Positions 8,516 to 18,191 of a DNA stretch of 45,799 nt are shown one piece after another. The notes below the pieces were generated by a model, which was not told the origin of the DNA, did no database searches, and saw only the letters and a program-made list of their open reading frames with translations. The position numbers and the translations under genes are program-made. Each line of letters begins with the position of its first letter. The stretch's first letter is position 1. Origin of the DNA: an uncultured Clostridia bacterium (lineage in GTDB: Bacteria > Bacillota > Clostridia > CALYAR01). The stretch spans positions 1-45,799 of the forward strand of contig CALYAR010000146.1 in assembly GCA_944393585.1 (NCBI GenBank), read 5' to 3'.

Positions 8516-8881
8516 TGCCGTCCCTCCTGTATCTATTTTTCATGAATAAATGATGAAATAATCAAGGCATTATTTTCTTTGCCGCAATACCGCTCAGTTT
8601 ATTGGATTGCTTCAATGGATACTGCCTGTCAGCAGTTTTGTCAAAGAGCTGATAAACCTATTATTTTCAGGATTTCACAAGATTATGCAGGAAAGCGGAC
8701 CTCGCTTTGTGTAAAGCGACGTTTTACAGAAACTTGACAAAAATTTAACTTAAATAGCTTGAAATTCACACCTCTATGGATTAAAATAAAATAGGATGAG
8801 ATTTGAAAACAAATTGCGATTTTTTTCACACTTGTTGCACTCATCCTCCTTTCATCGAATAAAAAATAAAAACAAAGGAAT

Positions 8882-9571
8882 GTGATGATGATGCAGTATA
8901 TTTTGGATACCGCACACTTGGAAAGTATCCGCCATGCGTTTGAATATTATCCAATCGACGGAGTAACGACCAATCCGACGATTATTTCCCGGGAACACTC
9001 CGACTTTGCCAAATTGATATTGGAGATCCGCCATTTGATCGGGGATGATAAAATGCTCCATATTCAGACGACGGGTGATACAGCAGAGCAAATGGTCCGC
9101 GAAGCAGTCGCTTTAAAAGAATATGTCGGGGGGAATTTTTATGCAAAAATCCCAACCTCAGAAGACGGAATTAAAGCGATGCGGGAAATTAAAAAAAGGG
9201 GAATTAACGTCACGGCCACTGCCATTTTTACACAGCAGCAGGCACTTATTGCAGCGAGAGCGGGGGCAGATTATGTAGCGCCCTATGTCAACCGCCTGGA
9301 CAACATTGCCAGCGACGGCGTTCAGGTCGTTGCAGACATTGTACAGCTGTTTCGGAATTTTGATATCAAAACCAAAGTCCTGTCTGCCAGCTTTAAAACG
9401 ACGGAACAGGTTCACAAAATTGCCCTGGCCGGAGGCCATGCTGTTACAATCAGTCCGGACCTTTTGTCCAATTTAATTTATCATCCGCTTACGAATTACG
9501 CCATCGACGACTTTAACGCTGATTGGGAGAGCGCCTATGGAAAAGTGGGCATTTTAGATCTATTAAAATAA
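8882..9571 (+). CDS. Small transaldolase / fructose-6-phosphate aldolase family protein
   Basis: Its roughly 226-229 aa include MQYILDTAHLESI...IDGVTTNPTIISRE, plus YAKIP and GINVTATAIFT. The start is ambiguous between GTG 8882 and ATG 8885/8888/8891. An AAAGGAA RBS sits at 8874-8880. Confidence 0.85.
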   Translation: MMMMQYILDTAHLESIRHAFEYYPIDGVTTNPTIISREHSDFAKLILEIRHLIGDDKMLHIQTTGDTAEQMVREAVALKEYVGGNFYAKIPTSEDGIKAMREIKKRGINVTATAIFTQQQALIAARAGADYVAPYVNRLDNIASDGVQVVADIVQLFRNFDIKTKVLSASFKTTEQVHKIALAGGHAVTISPDLLSNLIYHPLTNYAIDDFNADWESAYGKVGILDLLK

Positions 9572-9638
9572 CTGTCTCAGGCATTTGCATCACGTTTGGG
9601 CAGGGATTGTTTTTGTACAGTTAAAATGCAGCAAAAAC

Positions 9639-9680
9639 CTGTCTGCCGTATTTGACATATTCCGGCGGACAGTTTTTTTT
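9639..9680 (+). terminator. Rho-independent terminator of the transaldolase gene
   Basis: CTGTCTGCCG...CGGCGGACAG stem followed by TTTTTTTT. Confidence 0.75.
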
Positions 9681-9706
9681 ATTCTTGCTGCTTTGAAGTA
9701 AAAAAT

Positions 9707-9737
9707 GAAACCGTCTGCCTATAAGCAGACGGTTTTT
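9707..9737 (-). terminator. Rho-independent terminator after phoU (bidirectional shape)
   Basis: The AAACCGTCTGC-CTATAA-GCAGACGGTTT stem is flanked by A and T runs on both sides, 14 nt after the phoU stop. Confidence 0.75.
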
Positions 9738-9750
9738 CATATTATCCTTT

Positions 9751-10404
9751 TTACTGCATGTGGACGTGCTTGCCGGTGATATTGAAAATAGCCCATTCTG
9801 CAATGTTGGTCGTGTGATCGCCGACCCGTTCAAAATACTTGGCGATGAACATATATTCCGTAGCCGGCCTAATTAAGGCAGGATTTTCCGCCATCATTTT
9901 GCGGAACGTATCAACTTCTTCATAGAACAGACGGTCGACGTCTTCGTCACGGTCGCAAACCTGCGTAGCCAATTCTATGTTTTTCGACACATAAGCCTTA
10001 ACGGAATCCTTGACCATATCTTTGGCCCGATTCGCCATCTGAATCAAGCCCGAAAGATCAAACACGCCCTTTTCCACCTTCATTGATAAAATGACTTCGC
10101 TGATGTCCGCCGCATGATCGGCAATCCGCTCCAGATCAGTAATCATTTTCATTACGGCTGTTACAAGGCGCAAATCCCCCGCTAATGGCTGCTGTGTGGC
10201 AATGATGTTAATGCACATTGTCTCAATTTCCTGTTCCAAGTCGTCAATCACATCATCGTTATCATAGATTTTCTGTGCAAGCTCCTTGTCGTCTCGTTCC
10301 ATCGCATCGATGGAGTCTGCCAAGGCCTTTTCGGTTAAAACCGCCATCTTTAAAAGTGCGTCGTTTAATTCATTCAGACTCGCAATAAAAGCATTTCTCG
10401 TCAT
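9751..10404 (-). CDS. phoU: Phosphate signalling complex protein PhoU
   Basis: 217 aa with two PhoU repeats, each carrying an E(R/W)xxDHxxNI-type motif (LERIADHAADISE and FERVGDHTTNIAEW). Confidence 0.9.
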   Translation of the reverse strand: MTRNAFIASLNELNDALLKMAVLTEKALADSIDAMERDDKELAQKIYDNDDVIDDLEQEIETMCINIIATQQPLAGDLRLVTAVMKMITDLERIADHAADISEVILSMKVEKGVFDLSGLIQMANRAKDMVKDSVKAYVSKNIELATQVCDRDEDVDRLFYEEVDTFRKMMAENPALIRPATEYMFIAKYFERVGDHTTNIAEWAIFNITGKHVHMQ

Positions 10405-10439
10405 GAAAGCTACTCCCTTTCCATTCGATTCAAATTATT

Positions 10440-11819
10440 TTAGACATGAAGCGTAACGGTAAAAGTACTTCCTTCTCCCGGGGTACTCTCCACTCCCACA
10501 TCACCGTGATACAGATTGGCGATGTGCTTGACAATGGACAGCCCCAGTCCGGTACCGCCGTTCTTCTGGCTCCTGCCTTTATCTACACAATAAAAACGTT
10601 CAAAAATTCGTTCGCAATCATCCCGGTTCATCCCGATCCCGGTATCGTTTACTACAATCTGGACCCTGTCCTCTGGCAGCCGTTTGAGGATGACGGTAAC
10701 GCTGCCGTGCTCCTTGTTGTAGCGGACGGCATTGGAGACCAAATTGACCAGCAGCTGGCGAATTTTTGATTCGTCTGCGGTCATCTTAATTTCCTCGGAA
10801 GCTGACAGCTCCATCTGGATATTTTTCTCCTTTGCCAGCGGCGTAAGCATATCCAGCACCTCTTTTGCCAGCGCATTTAAAGAAAACTCTGCTACAGTTG
10901 GATCCTCTTCCATTTTTTCAATTTTGGATAAAACCAAAATATCATTAATCAAATTTTGAAGGCGCACTGCCTCAATATCAATGATTTTCAAAAAACGGTC
11001 GGCTACGTCCTTCTTTTCCATCGCCCCGCCGCGCAGCGTTTCGATAAAGCCCCGAATTGAAGTAAGCGGTGTTTTGAGTTCGTGGGAAACATTTGCAACG
11101 AAATCACTTCGCATACTTTGGAGCTTTTCAATTTCATCCATCTGTCCGTTTACTTTATCGGCCAGATTATTATATGCAACGGCGAGCTCTAGTATTTCAT
11201 CGTCAAATCCGGCAGAATCGATGATAGTCATCCGGGGCGCTTCAATATTTTTTTCTACATGATTTTTCAGCTTCTGAAGCGGCCCTACAATTTTTTTGGA
11301 AAAGCGCAGCGAAAGCAGCACAGCTGCAGCGGCACACAAAATACAGCATCCCACTACGGCCAGCAGAATATTCCTTAAAGCCCGGTCAGCGTTTTGCTGA
11401 GGCTTGCTGATCCGCAGCACCAAATCGTTGCCAATATCTTTTGCGGCATAATACTGGCGGGAATCTTCGTTATCGCTTTTTCGCTCCGAAAATCCAGTTC
11501 CTTCTAAAAAGGCTTCCACAATTTCAGGACGCTGTGCGTGATTCCCGTCCACCTCTTCCAATGTGTCAAACAGGACTGTTCCGCTTTTCTCTACTACTGT
11601 CATGCGGATATTCAAGATGGGCGCATATTTTTCCGCCAGCTGGTCATAGTCCCCCTCACGCAGCAGGGGATCCTGCTCAATAATGGAAAGCTCCAAAAGC
11701 ATTTCTTCCCGAATCTGACTTTTATAGTACCGGTCGGTAATGATGCAGCAGGCGCCGCCCACTGCAATTGCCGTACCCAAAATCAAAATTAAAAAATACC
11801 AGGTTATCTTTCGTTTCAT
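10440..11819 (-). CDS. phoR: PhoR-type sensor histidine kinase
   Basis: 459 aa with two TM segments. The H-box is SHELKTPLTSIRGF. The N, G1 and G2 boxes are NLVSNAVRYN, DTGIGM and GGTGLGLSIVKH. It sits inside the pst/phoU block. Confidence 0.85.
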   Translation of the reverse strand: MKRKITWYFLILILGTAIAVGGACCIITDRYYKSQIREEMLLELSIIEQDPLLREGDYDQLAEKYAPILNIRMTVVEKSGTVLFDTLEEVDGNHAQRPEIVEAFLEGTGFSERKSDNEDSRQYYAAKDIGNDLVLRISKPQQNADRALRNILLAVVGCCILCAAAAVLLSLRFSKKIVGPLQKLKNHVEKNIEAPRMTIIDSAGFDDEILELAVAYNNLADKVNGQMDEIEKLQSMRSDFVANVSHELKTPLTSIRGFIETLRGGAMEKKDVADRFLKIIDIEAVRLQNLINDILVLSKIEKMEEDPTVAEFSLNALAKEVLDMLTPLAKEKNIQMELSASEEIKMTADESKIRQLLVNLVSNAVRYNKEHGSVTVILKRLPEDRVQIVVNDTGIGMNRDDCERIFERFYCVDKGRSQKNGGTGLGLSIVKHIANLYHGDVGVESTPGEGSTFTVTLHV

Positions 11820-11828
11820 GGCCGGCTC

Positions 11829-12581
11829 CTAGAGATTAAAACGGTAACCTACGCCGCGGATGGTGGATATATAGGTCTCGTTTTTATCCCCCAGCACCTT
11901 GCGCAGGTTTTTGATATGTACGTCTACCGTTCGGGTATCTCCGAAATAATCATAGCCCCATACTTTGTTGAGCAGTACATCCCGCGATAACACATTGGGC
12001 GCATTGATGATCAGAATCCGCAAAAGCTCAAATTCTTTCAAGGTAAGGATCAAGCTTTCCTTTCCGTGAAACACCATATGCTTTGCCACATCCACCGTAA
12101 TATCCTGAGCGCGGAGTATTTCCTTCTCCTCATTCTCGTCTGTCTTTGCCTCATCTGAAGAGTTCTTCTGCTGCCAAGCAGCCTGCTCTACAATTTCATG
12201 CGCGGCATCAAAACGCCGCATAACAGCCCGAAGGCGTGCAATGAGCTCTTTCACGGAAAAGGGCTTTGTTACATAATCGTCCGCCCCCAGCTCGAGGCCG
12301 AGAATTTTATCAAACTCCTGATTTTTTGCCGTCAGCATGAGAATGGGTATGTTTTTCAGATCTGCATCGCCGCGGATCATTTTGCACGCGTCAATTCCGG
12401 ACATTCCAGGCAGCATCAAATCCAGAATGATCGCATCCGGTACTTCTGTTTTCAAACGTGATAAAAGGCCGAGCGCGTCCTCAAAGCAGACGCTTTCAAA
12501 CCCGTTTTCTTTCAAATTATAGTCCAGAAGCTCGCGAATATGTTCCTCGTCGTCTACAACGAAAACCTTTTTTCCCTGCAT
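11829..12581 (-). CDS. OmpR/PhoB-family response regulator
   Basis: The ORF track extends to 12707, but MQGKKVFVVDDEEHIRE at the ATG 12581 is the receiver-domain start, 1 nt after the pstB stop. The phospho-acceptor context is AIILDLMLPGMSG. The winged helix is TVDVHIKNLRKVL...RGVGYRF. Confidence 0.9.
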   Translation of the reverse strand: MQGKKVFVVDDEEHIRELLDYNLKENGFESVCFEDALGLLSRLKTEVPDAIILDLMLPGMSGIDACKMIRGDADLKNIPILMLTAKNQEFDKILGLELGADDYVTKPFSVKELIARLRAVMRRFDAAHEIVEQAAWQQKNSSDEAKTDENEEKEILRAQDITVDVAKHMVFHGKESLILTLKEFELLRILIINAPNVLSRDVLLNKVWGYDYFGDTRTVDVHIKNLRKVLGDKNETYISTIRGVGYRFNL

Positions 12582-12582
12582 C

Positions 12583-13332
12583 TTAACCAAACCTTCCGGT
12601 AATATAGTCTTCTGTACGCCGCTCCGAAGGGTTGTTGAAAATCTTGAGCGTATCGTCAAATTCCACAACCTCGCCCAGCAGGAAAAAGGCTGTTTTATCC
12701 GAAACACGGCCCGCCTGCTGCATGTTGTGCGTTACAATGATAATAGTATAATTATTCTTTAACGACAGCAATAAATCCTCTATTTTGCTCGTAGAAATCG
12801 GATCCAATGCACTGGTCGGCTCATCGAGCAGAATGACTTCCGGATCGACCGCCAATGCACGGGCAATACAAAGCCGCTGCTGCTGTCCGCCGGAGAGGCC
12901 AAGCGCGCTTTTTTTCAGCCGGTCTTTCACCTCGTCCCAGATCGCAGCGTCGCGCAGAGACTTTTCGACAATCTCATTGAGCCGGGCTTTGCCGCGGACC
13001 CCATGGGTACGCGGTCCAAACGCGATATTATCATAGATAGACATCGGGAACGGATTTGCCTTCTGGAAAACCATGCCCACACGTTTGCGAAGGTGATTGA
13101 CATCCATATCTCCATAGATATCCTCGCCGTCAAGCAGGACGTTTCCCGTGATGGAACAGCCTTCCACCAGATCGTTCATCCGATTGAGGCTTTTAAGCAG
13201 CGTCGATTTTCCGCAGCCGGACGGCCCGATAAACGCAGTAATTTTATTCGCTTCCAAATTCAAATTTATATTTTTCAAGGCCTGAAAATTGCCGTAATAA
13301 AGATCTAAATTTTCTATTTTAAATTTTTCCAT
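12583..13332 (-). CDS. pstB: Phosphate ABC transporter ATP-binding protein
   Basis: 249 aa. It has Walker [10 protein letters not shown], the signature [14 protein letters not shown] and the typical PstB C-terminus [13 protein letters not shown]. Confidence 0.95.
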   Translation of the reverse strand: MEKFKIENLDLYYGNFQALKNINLNLEANKITAFIGPSGCGKSTLLKSLNRMNDLVEGCSITGNVLLDGEDIYGDMDVNHLRKRVGMVFQKANPFPMSIYDNIAFGPRTHGVRGKARLNEIVEKSLRDAAIWDEVKDRLKKSALGLSGGQQQRLCIARALAVDPEVILLDEPTSALDPISTSKIEDLLLSLKNNYTIIIVTHNMQQAGRVSDKTAFFLLGEVVEFDDTLKIFNNPSERRTEDYITGRFG

Positions 13333-13341
13333 TTGCTCCCC

Positions 13342-14271
13342 CTACCTTTCGATCGATTTCGCGGCAACCCGCTTTGCAAGCACCGCCGACAGGAAGTTGA
13401 TGACCAGTACAACGATCAGCAGCACAACCGCTGTCGCATAAGCCTGTTCCATATATAGCCCGTTATCGGTCAGAGCGTACATATGCACGGCCAGCGTCCG
13501 CGCAGACGACATCGGCGTCTTCGGCACCGCAGCAACCGTTCCGGAGGTATAAATCAGCGCCGCCGTTTCGCCTACAATTCTTCCGATAGCGAGGATCACG
13601 CCTGCTAATATGCCCGGTACAGCGGACGGAAGCACAATTTTAAATACCGTTCTCAGTTTGCCTGCGCCGAGTCCGAAGCTGCCCTCGCGGAGCATATCCG
13701 GAACAGCCAGCAGAGCTTCTTCCGTAGTCCGCATGACCAGCGGCAATATCATAATGGCGAGTGTAAACGCACCTGCGAGCAGAGAATATCCCCAATGCAG
13801 GGTTGTCACGAAAAACAGCATTCCAAACAGGCCGTAAACAATCGACGGCACACCGGACAGGGTTTCCGCCGCCATTCGGACGGCTCCTACAATTTTATTG
13901 CCGCGTCTTGCATACTCAACCAGGTAAATGGCTGCACCGATTCCAAGCGGTACTGCAATGATCAATGATAAAAGTGTCATAAAAATGGTCGAAATCAGCG
14001 CCGGCATCATAGATTGGTTTTCTGTCGAATAATTCCAGGAAAACAAATCCAGAGAAAGATTCGGTATTCCCTTGACCAAGATGTAACCGATTAAAAACAA
14101 TAAAACAGCAAAGGTCACAACTGCTGCCAAAATCACGAAGAGGAAAAGCACCAGCGATAACGGGCTTTTTTTATACTCGCGCAGTCTCTGTCGGACACTC
14201 CGGCGATTGATCGCCTGGATCGAATTTATATCCACTAATTCGCTGCTTTCTATGGTATTTTTCTTTTCCAT
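13342..14271 (-). CDS. pstA: Phosphate ABC transporter permease PstA
   Basis: 309 aa, a polytopic permease with an EAA-like loop (TTEEALLAVPDMLREGSFGLGAGKLRT). It is the second permease in pstS-C-A-B order. Confidence 0.9.
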   Translation of the reverse strand: MEKKNTIESSELVDINSIQAINRRSVRQRLREYKKSPLSLVLFLFVILAAVVTFAVLLFLIGYILVKGIPNLSLDLFSWNYSTENQSMMPALISTIFMTLLSLIIAVPLGIGAAIYLVEYARRGNKIVGAVRMAAETLSGVPSIVYGLFGMLFFVTTLHWGYSLLAGAFTLAIMILPLVMRTTEEALLAVPDMLREGSFGLGAGKLRTVFKIVLPSAVPGILAGVILAIGRIVGETAALIYTSGTVAAVPKTPMSSARTLAVHMYALTDNGLYMEQAYATAVVLLIVVLVINFLSAVLAKRVAAKSIER

Positions 14272-14272
14272 A

Positions 14273-15130
14273 CTATTTCATCCTCCTTTTCAAGAGAGAA
14301 AAACACAGATTGATAATGAGGATAAAGACAAACAGAACCACCGCTGTTGCAATCAGCGCCTCACGGTGCAGATCTGCGGCATAGCCCATCTCCATTACAA
14401 TGTTGGCGGTTAGCGTTCGCACGCCCTCTAATATGCTGTCTGGCATCCGGGCCTGGTTCCCTGCTACCATCATAACCGCCATAGTCTCGCCGATAGCACG
14501 GCCGATGCCCAATACAATTCCTGCCATAATTCCCGATTTCGCCGCCGGGAGCATGACAAAAAACACGCTTCGTTCGTGGCTGGCCCCCAATGCCAAAGCG
14601 CCTTCATAATAACTGTTCGGTACGGCGCGGATAGCCGACTCGCTCACTCCTATAATGGTCGGGAGGATCATAATGCCCAAAAGGATAGAAGCCGTTAAAA
14701 TACTGGCGCCTTTTGAGTCGAACAATTCCCGTACCAGCGGAACCAGTACAACCATGCCGAAAAATCCATATACAATCGACGGGATTCCAGCCAACAGCTC
14801 CACTGCCGGTTTGAGCGGCCGGTACAGCCGCTTCGGACAGAATTTAGCCATAAATACTGCGGTTAAAATGCCGATCGGTACACCAATAATAATTGCGCCT
14901 GCCGTAACGTATAAGCTTCCTACAATCATAGGAAAGATTCCAAAGGATGGCGGAACATCCACTGGAGACCAATCCATTCCAAATAAGAAATCAAAAACAC
15001 CGATCTCTGCCATGGGCGGAAAACCATTGGCAAAGAGGAAAATGCAAATTAATATGACTGCAAGAATCGAAGCGAGCGCAGCAATCAAAAATAAAATTCT
15101 AAAAACGAGCTCCAATACCCGCTGTTTCAT
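14273..15130 (-). CDS. pstC: Phosphate ABC transporter permease PstC
   Basis: 285 aa, a polytopic permease (SESAIRAVPNSYYEGALALGASHERS). It is the first permease after pstS. Confidence 0.9.
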   Translation of the reverse strand: MKQRVLELVFRILFLIAALASILAVILICIFLFANGFPPMAEIGVFDFLFGMDWSPVDVPPSFGIFPMIVGSLYVTAGAIIIGVPIGILTAVFMAKFCPKRLYRPLKPAVELLAGIPSIVYGFFGMVVLVPLVRELFDSKGASILTASILLGIMILPTIIGVSESAIRAVPNSYYEGALALGASHERSVFFVMLPAAKSGIMAGIVLGIGRAIGETMAVMMVAGNQARMPDSILEGVRTLTANIVMEMGYAADLHREALIATAVVLFVFILIINLCFSLLKRRMK

Positions 15131-15283
15131 TCCAATATCGCTCCATTCTCCGCCGAATTCGACTTATTTCGATGCTGACCACGGCGGATGGAGCACCGAC
15201 CTGCCCGAAGCTGCCGGGCGGATTCTGTTGGGCTGAGGCAACATTTGTCCGGCCCAATGAACACGGAGTTTTATGTATATGGC

Positions 15284-15312
15284 AAAAACCAAAAAGGATA
15301 TTTCCTTTCTGG
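15284..15312 (-). terminator. Intra-operon hairpin with U-tract between pstS and pstC (candidate attenuator)
   Basis: On the minus strand, CCAGAAAGGA-AATA-TCCTTTTTGG is followed by TTTTT, 46 nt after the pstS stop. It lies inside an unusually long 227-bp pstS-pstC spacer. Confidence 0.55.
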
Positions 15313-15357
15313 CCTGCCATGTTTGATTCATTGAATTTATATGAAGAATGAAAGGGC

Positions 15358-16314
15358 TTAGTCGATAACTTCGTCCCACTGTGTAACCGTACCGGTGAAG
15401 ATGTCTTTTACCTGTGCCGAGGTAAGATCCTCTGCGACATTTTCTGTGTTTACAATCACAGCTACACCATCGATTGCAATCTGAATACCAGTTAAGGATT
15501 CGAGTTCCGTATCTTTCAGTTCGCGGGATGCCATACCGATGTCGAGCGTTCCGTCAATTGCTCCCTGCATACCAGAGGTGGAATCGGTCTGCTGAATTTC
15601 AATTTCTGCGGACGGATTAACTGCCAGATAAGCTTCTTTCAGTTTTTCCATAACAGGTGTTACAGAAGAAGAACCGCCCACTGCGATTTTACCGGAAGGC
15701 TTATCTCCTGCATAAGCAGCCGCATTGTCGTCGACGGTGATGTAATTTTCTTCCGCAATGACATCCTGGCCTTCTTTGCTGAGAATAAAGTCGATAAAGT
15801 CTTTTGCAAGTCCGGTTGCTTCCCCTTTGGTTGCAATGTTGAACGGACGGGAAACCTTATAGGTTCCGGATTTAATATTTTCTGTGGTAGCTTCTGCTCC
15901 GTCAATTTTAACCGCTTTGACCGTATCGTTTAAGGAACCAAGAGAAATGTAGCCGATTGCATAGGTATTGTTCGCCACACTGGTCATTGCTGCGCCGGTG
16001 CTTCTCTGAATTTCAGCTTCTTCCGTTGTTTTGTCTGTTGTATTTCCATCCGCATCTTCCTCTTCAATTCCAAACAGTTCAACAAATGCGCCGCGGGTTC
16101 CGGAACCTTCTTCCCGGGAAACAACGGTAATCTCACTGCTCAGATCAAAGTCGGAGGAACCGCTCGGCGAGCTGGATGCAGATGCGCTCGGAGATGCAGA
16201 CGGGCTCGAACCATTGTCGCTGGTGTTGTTTGTGTTGTCACAGCCGGCAAAGATAAAGCTGAATGCCGTGATCATTGCCAATAAAATCAATGCACTTTTC
16301 TTTTTCATAATCAT
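15358..16314 (-). CDS. pstS: Phosphate ABC transporter substrate-binding lipoprotein
   Basis: 318 aa. The lipobox is FIFAGC, followed by a Ser/Asp-rich linker. The PBP fold motifs are SREEGSGTRGAF and GGSSSVTP. The likely start is the second ATG at 16308, 8 nt after GGGAG. Confidence 0.9.
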   Translation of the reverse strand: MIMKKKSALILLAMITAFSFIFAGCDNTNNTSDNGSSPSASPSASASSSPSGSSDFDLSSEITVVSREEGSGTRGAFVELFGIEEEDADGNTTDKTTEEAEIQRSTGAAMTSVANNTYAIGYISLGSLNDTVKAVKIDGAEATTENIKSGTYKVSRPFNIATKGEATGLAKDFIDFILSKEGQDVIAEENYITVDDNAAAYAGDKPSGKIAVGGSSSVTPVMEKLKEAYLAVNPSAEIEIQQTDSTSGMQGAIDGTLDIGMASRELKDTELESLTGIQIAIDGVAVIVNTENVAEDLTSAQVKDIFTGTVTQWDEVID

Positions 16315-16371
16315 TACTCCCTTTTTTCGTTTCTTTTCTATCTTTTTCTTTTTGCAGATTCATCATAATGT

Positions 16372-16470
16372 GGTTTTGTAAAGAAGCAGTGTTTGTTTTG
16401 TAAAGTTTCGGTAAAATTCTTCTAACGCTTAGGATTTCCGAACGGCCTGCTTTTATTCTGCCTTTGTAAA
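16372..16470 (-). promoter_or_regulatory. Candidate Pho boxes upstream of pstS
   Basis: TTTACA hexamers on the minus strand sit at 16382-16377, 16404-16399 and 16470-16465. Their spacings are 22 and 66 bp, both multiples of 11. The first two lie in identical 11-mers, CTTTACAAAAC. A TATGAT -10-like hexamer follows. Confidence 0.45.
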
Positions 16471-16550
16471 ATTAGCCGAACATAGCTATGAAAAGCAAAC
16501 ATGCGGAATCGTTAAAAAAATGGCGGATATTGTGAAAATAATGACCATAT

Positions 16551-16579
16551 TTGCATTTGAGGCACATTTGTGCTATATT
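16551..16579 (+). promoter_or_regulatory. Candidate sigmaA promoter upstream of the rnf operon
   Basis: TTGCAT (16551-16556), 17 nt, TATATT (16574-16579) with an extended -10 TG at 16571-16572. This would give a leader of about 260 nt. Confidence 0.4.
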
Positions 16580-16844
16580 AAAATAAATCTGTTCCGGAAT
16601 TTCATATGTTTAAATAAGGTAGACTTTGGATCAAAAAAATTTGCGATTTGTTATGGTCTGTCTTATTCTTTTGCAGTGAATTTATCCGTTTGCATAGATA
16701 TTTTTTAAAATATGAAAAAACGGAGCGTTTGGCAGCTAAAGCAAATACCGAAGAAAAATTCCCGCCCCAAGCATTATACCTGATACAAGACGGGGAAACT
16801 CTTGTTTTTAAACCGATAAAATTTTACTGAGAGGTGAAGTCCGC

Positions 16845-18191
16845 ATGTTAAAAACATTTCGCGGCGGTGTGCATTTGAGCGACCGGAAAGAGGCAACCTG
16901 CCATAAGGCAATCGAATACTCCGACGGCTGCGACGTTCATACGCTCTATCTGCAGCAGCACATCGGCGCGCCGCTCACTCCCTGCGTGAAGCGCGGCGAC
17001 CACGTTAACTATTGCCAGAAGATTGCCGACAGTGAAGCATATGTTTCCGTTCCGCTCCACAGCAGCGTTTCCGGGACGGTGCTCGCTGTTGAGGACCGGC
17101 TCAATCCCATGGGGCAAATGGCCAGCGCCATTATCATTGAAAATGATTATAAATTTACTACAGATCCGTCGATTGCCCCTTATCCGCATGTTGACCGGAT
17201 GAAACAGGAAGAAATTCTCAAGGCGATCCGCGAGGCGGGTATTGTCGGCATGGGAGGCGCAGGTTTTCCTACACACGTAAAGCTTTCGCCCGGAAAAGAA
17301 CGTCCGATTGATTATCTCATTATCAACGGAGCAGAGTGCGAACCCTATCTGACCAGCGATCACCGGGTCATGATTGAAAAAAACGAGGATGTTCTCTATG
17401 GTTCGCACGCTCTTATGCGGCTGTTGAATTTAAACGACGTGTACATAGGAATTGAAAACAACAAACGGGACGCAATCGACGTTTTGCGGAGCGTTTCCTC
17501 CCAATACAAGGGAATCCACATTGTTCCGCTGAAAACCAAATATCCGCAGGGATCGGAAAAGCAGATTATTTATGCGGTCTGCGGGCGGAAGGTTCCGCCT
17601 GGAAAGCTTCCGGCTGACATCGGCGTGCTCGTAACTAACATTGATACGGTCACGCAGATTTCCTATGCACTGAAAACCGGAAAGCCGCTGGTCAAGCGGG
17701 TTGTAACGGTCGCCGGCGACGCTGTAAAAGAAGCGAAAAACCTAATGGTGCCGCTGGGCATGAGCTTTGAGGAAGTTTTCCGCGCGGCGGGCGGCTTTGT
17801 CTCTCCGCCGTCGAAAATCATTAACGGCGGACCGATGATGGGTTTCGGCCAGTTTTCGACAGACGTCTGTGTAACGAAGGGCACTTCGGCCCTTCTGGCG
17901 CTCACCCAAAAGGAGGCCATGTTTTTCAATGAGACGCCCTGCATTAACTGCGGGCGGTGTGTGGAAGCCTGTCCCATGCGTTTAATGCCCAATATTCTGC
18001 GCAGGGCAGCCGGCGAACGGGATTACGAAACCTGCAAAAAATACCACATCTTAGATTGTTTTTCCTGCGGAACCTGCTCTTACATCTGCCCGGCGCGCCG
18101 GCACCTTTCCCAGTACATCCGCGATGCAAAGCAGACCATCCAAGCACAGGAAAAAGCACAAAAGGCAAAACAGCAGGAAGGAGGAAAGTAA
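16845..18191 (+). CDS. rnfC: Rnf electron transport complex subunit C
   Basis: 448 aa. It has MLKTFRGGVHL, the NADH/FMN-site motif GMGGAGFPTHVK, and two 4Fe-4S motifs (CINCGRCVEACP and CFSCGTCSYICP). Confidence 0.92.
   Translation: MLKTFRGGVHLSDRKEATCHKAIEYSDGCDVHTLYLQQHIGAPLTPCVKRGDHVNYCQKIADSEAYVSVPLHSSVSGTVLAVEDRLNPMGQMASAIIIENDYKFTTDPSIAPYPHVDRMKQEEILKAIREAGIVGMGGAGFPTHVKLSPGKERPIDYLIINGAECEPYLTSDHRVMIEKNEDVLYGSHALMRLLNLNDVYIGIENNKRDAIDVLRSVSSQYKGIHIVPLKTKYPQGSEKQIIYAVCGRKVPPGKLPADIGVLVTNIDTVTQISYALKTGKPLVKRVVTVAGDAVKEAKNLMVPLGMSFEEVFRAAGGFVSPPSKIINGGPMMGFGQFSTDVCVTKGTSALLALTQKEAMFFNETPCINCGRCVEACPMRLMPNILRRAAGERDYETCKKYHILDCFSCGTCSYICPARRHLSQYIRDAKQTIQAQEKAQKAKQQEGGK

Noticed and set aside
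8790-8881. Hairpin AGGATGAG...CTCATCCT and a possible SD-sequestering TCCTTT/AAAGGA pairing in the transaldolase leader
   Set aside because: The stems are short (6-8 bp) with very long loops in AT-rich sequence. I recognised no riboswitch core, so this is too weak to report as a feature.
16530-16549. Possible Rex operator (TTGTGAA-N6-...) upstream of rnf
   Set aside because: Only the left half-site TTGTGAA matches. The right half (GACCATA) matches the expected TTCACAA at only about 2 of 7 positions.
16520-16830. Two small ORFs (62 and 60 aa) in the pstS/rnfC intergenic region
   Set aside because: They have no RBS. They lie in AT-rich sequence where ORFs arise by chance, they overlap each other in different frames, and they have no recognisable motif.
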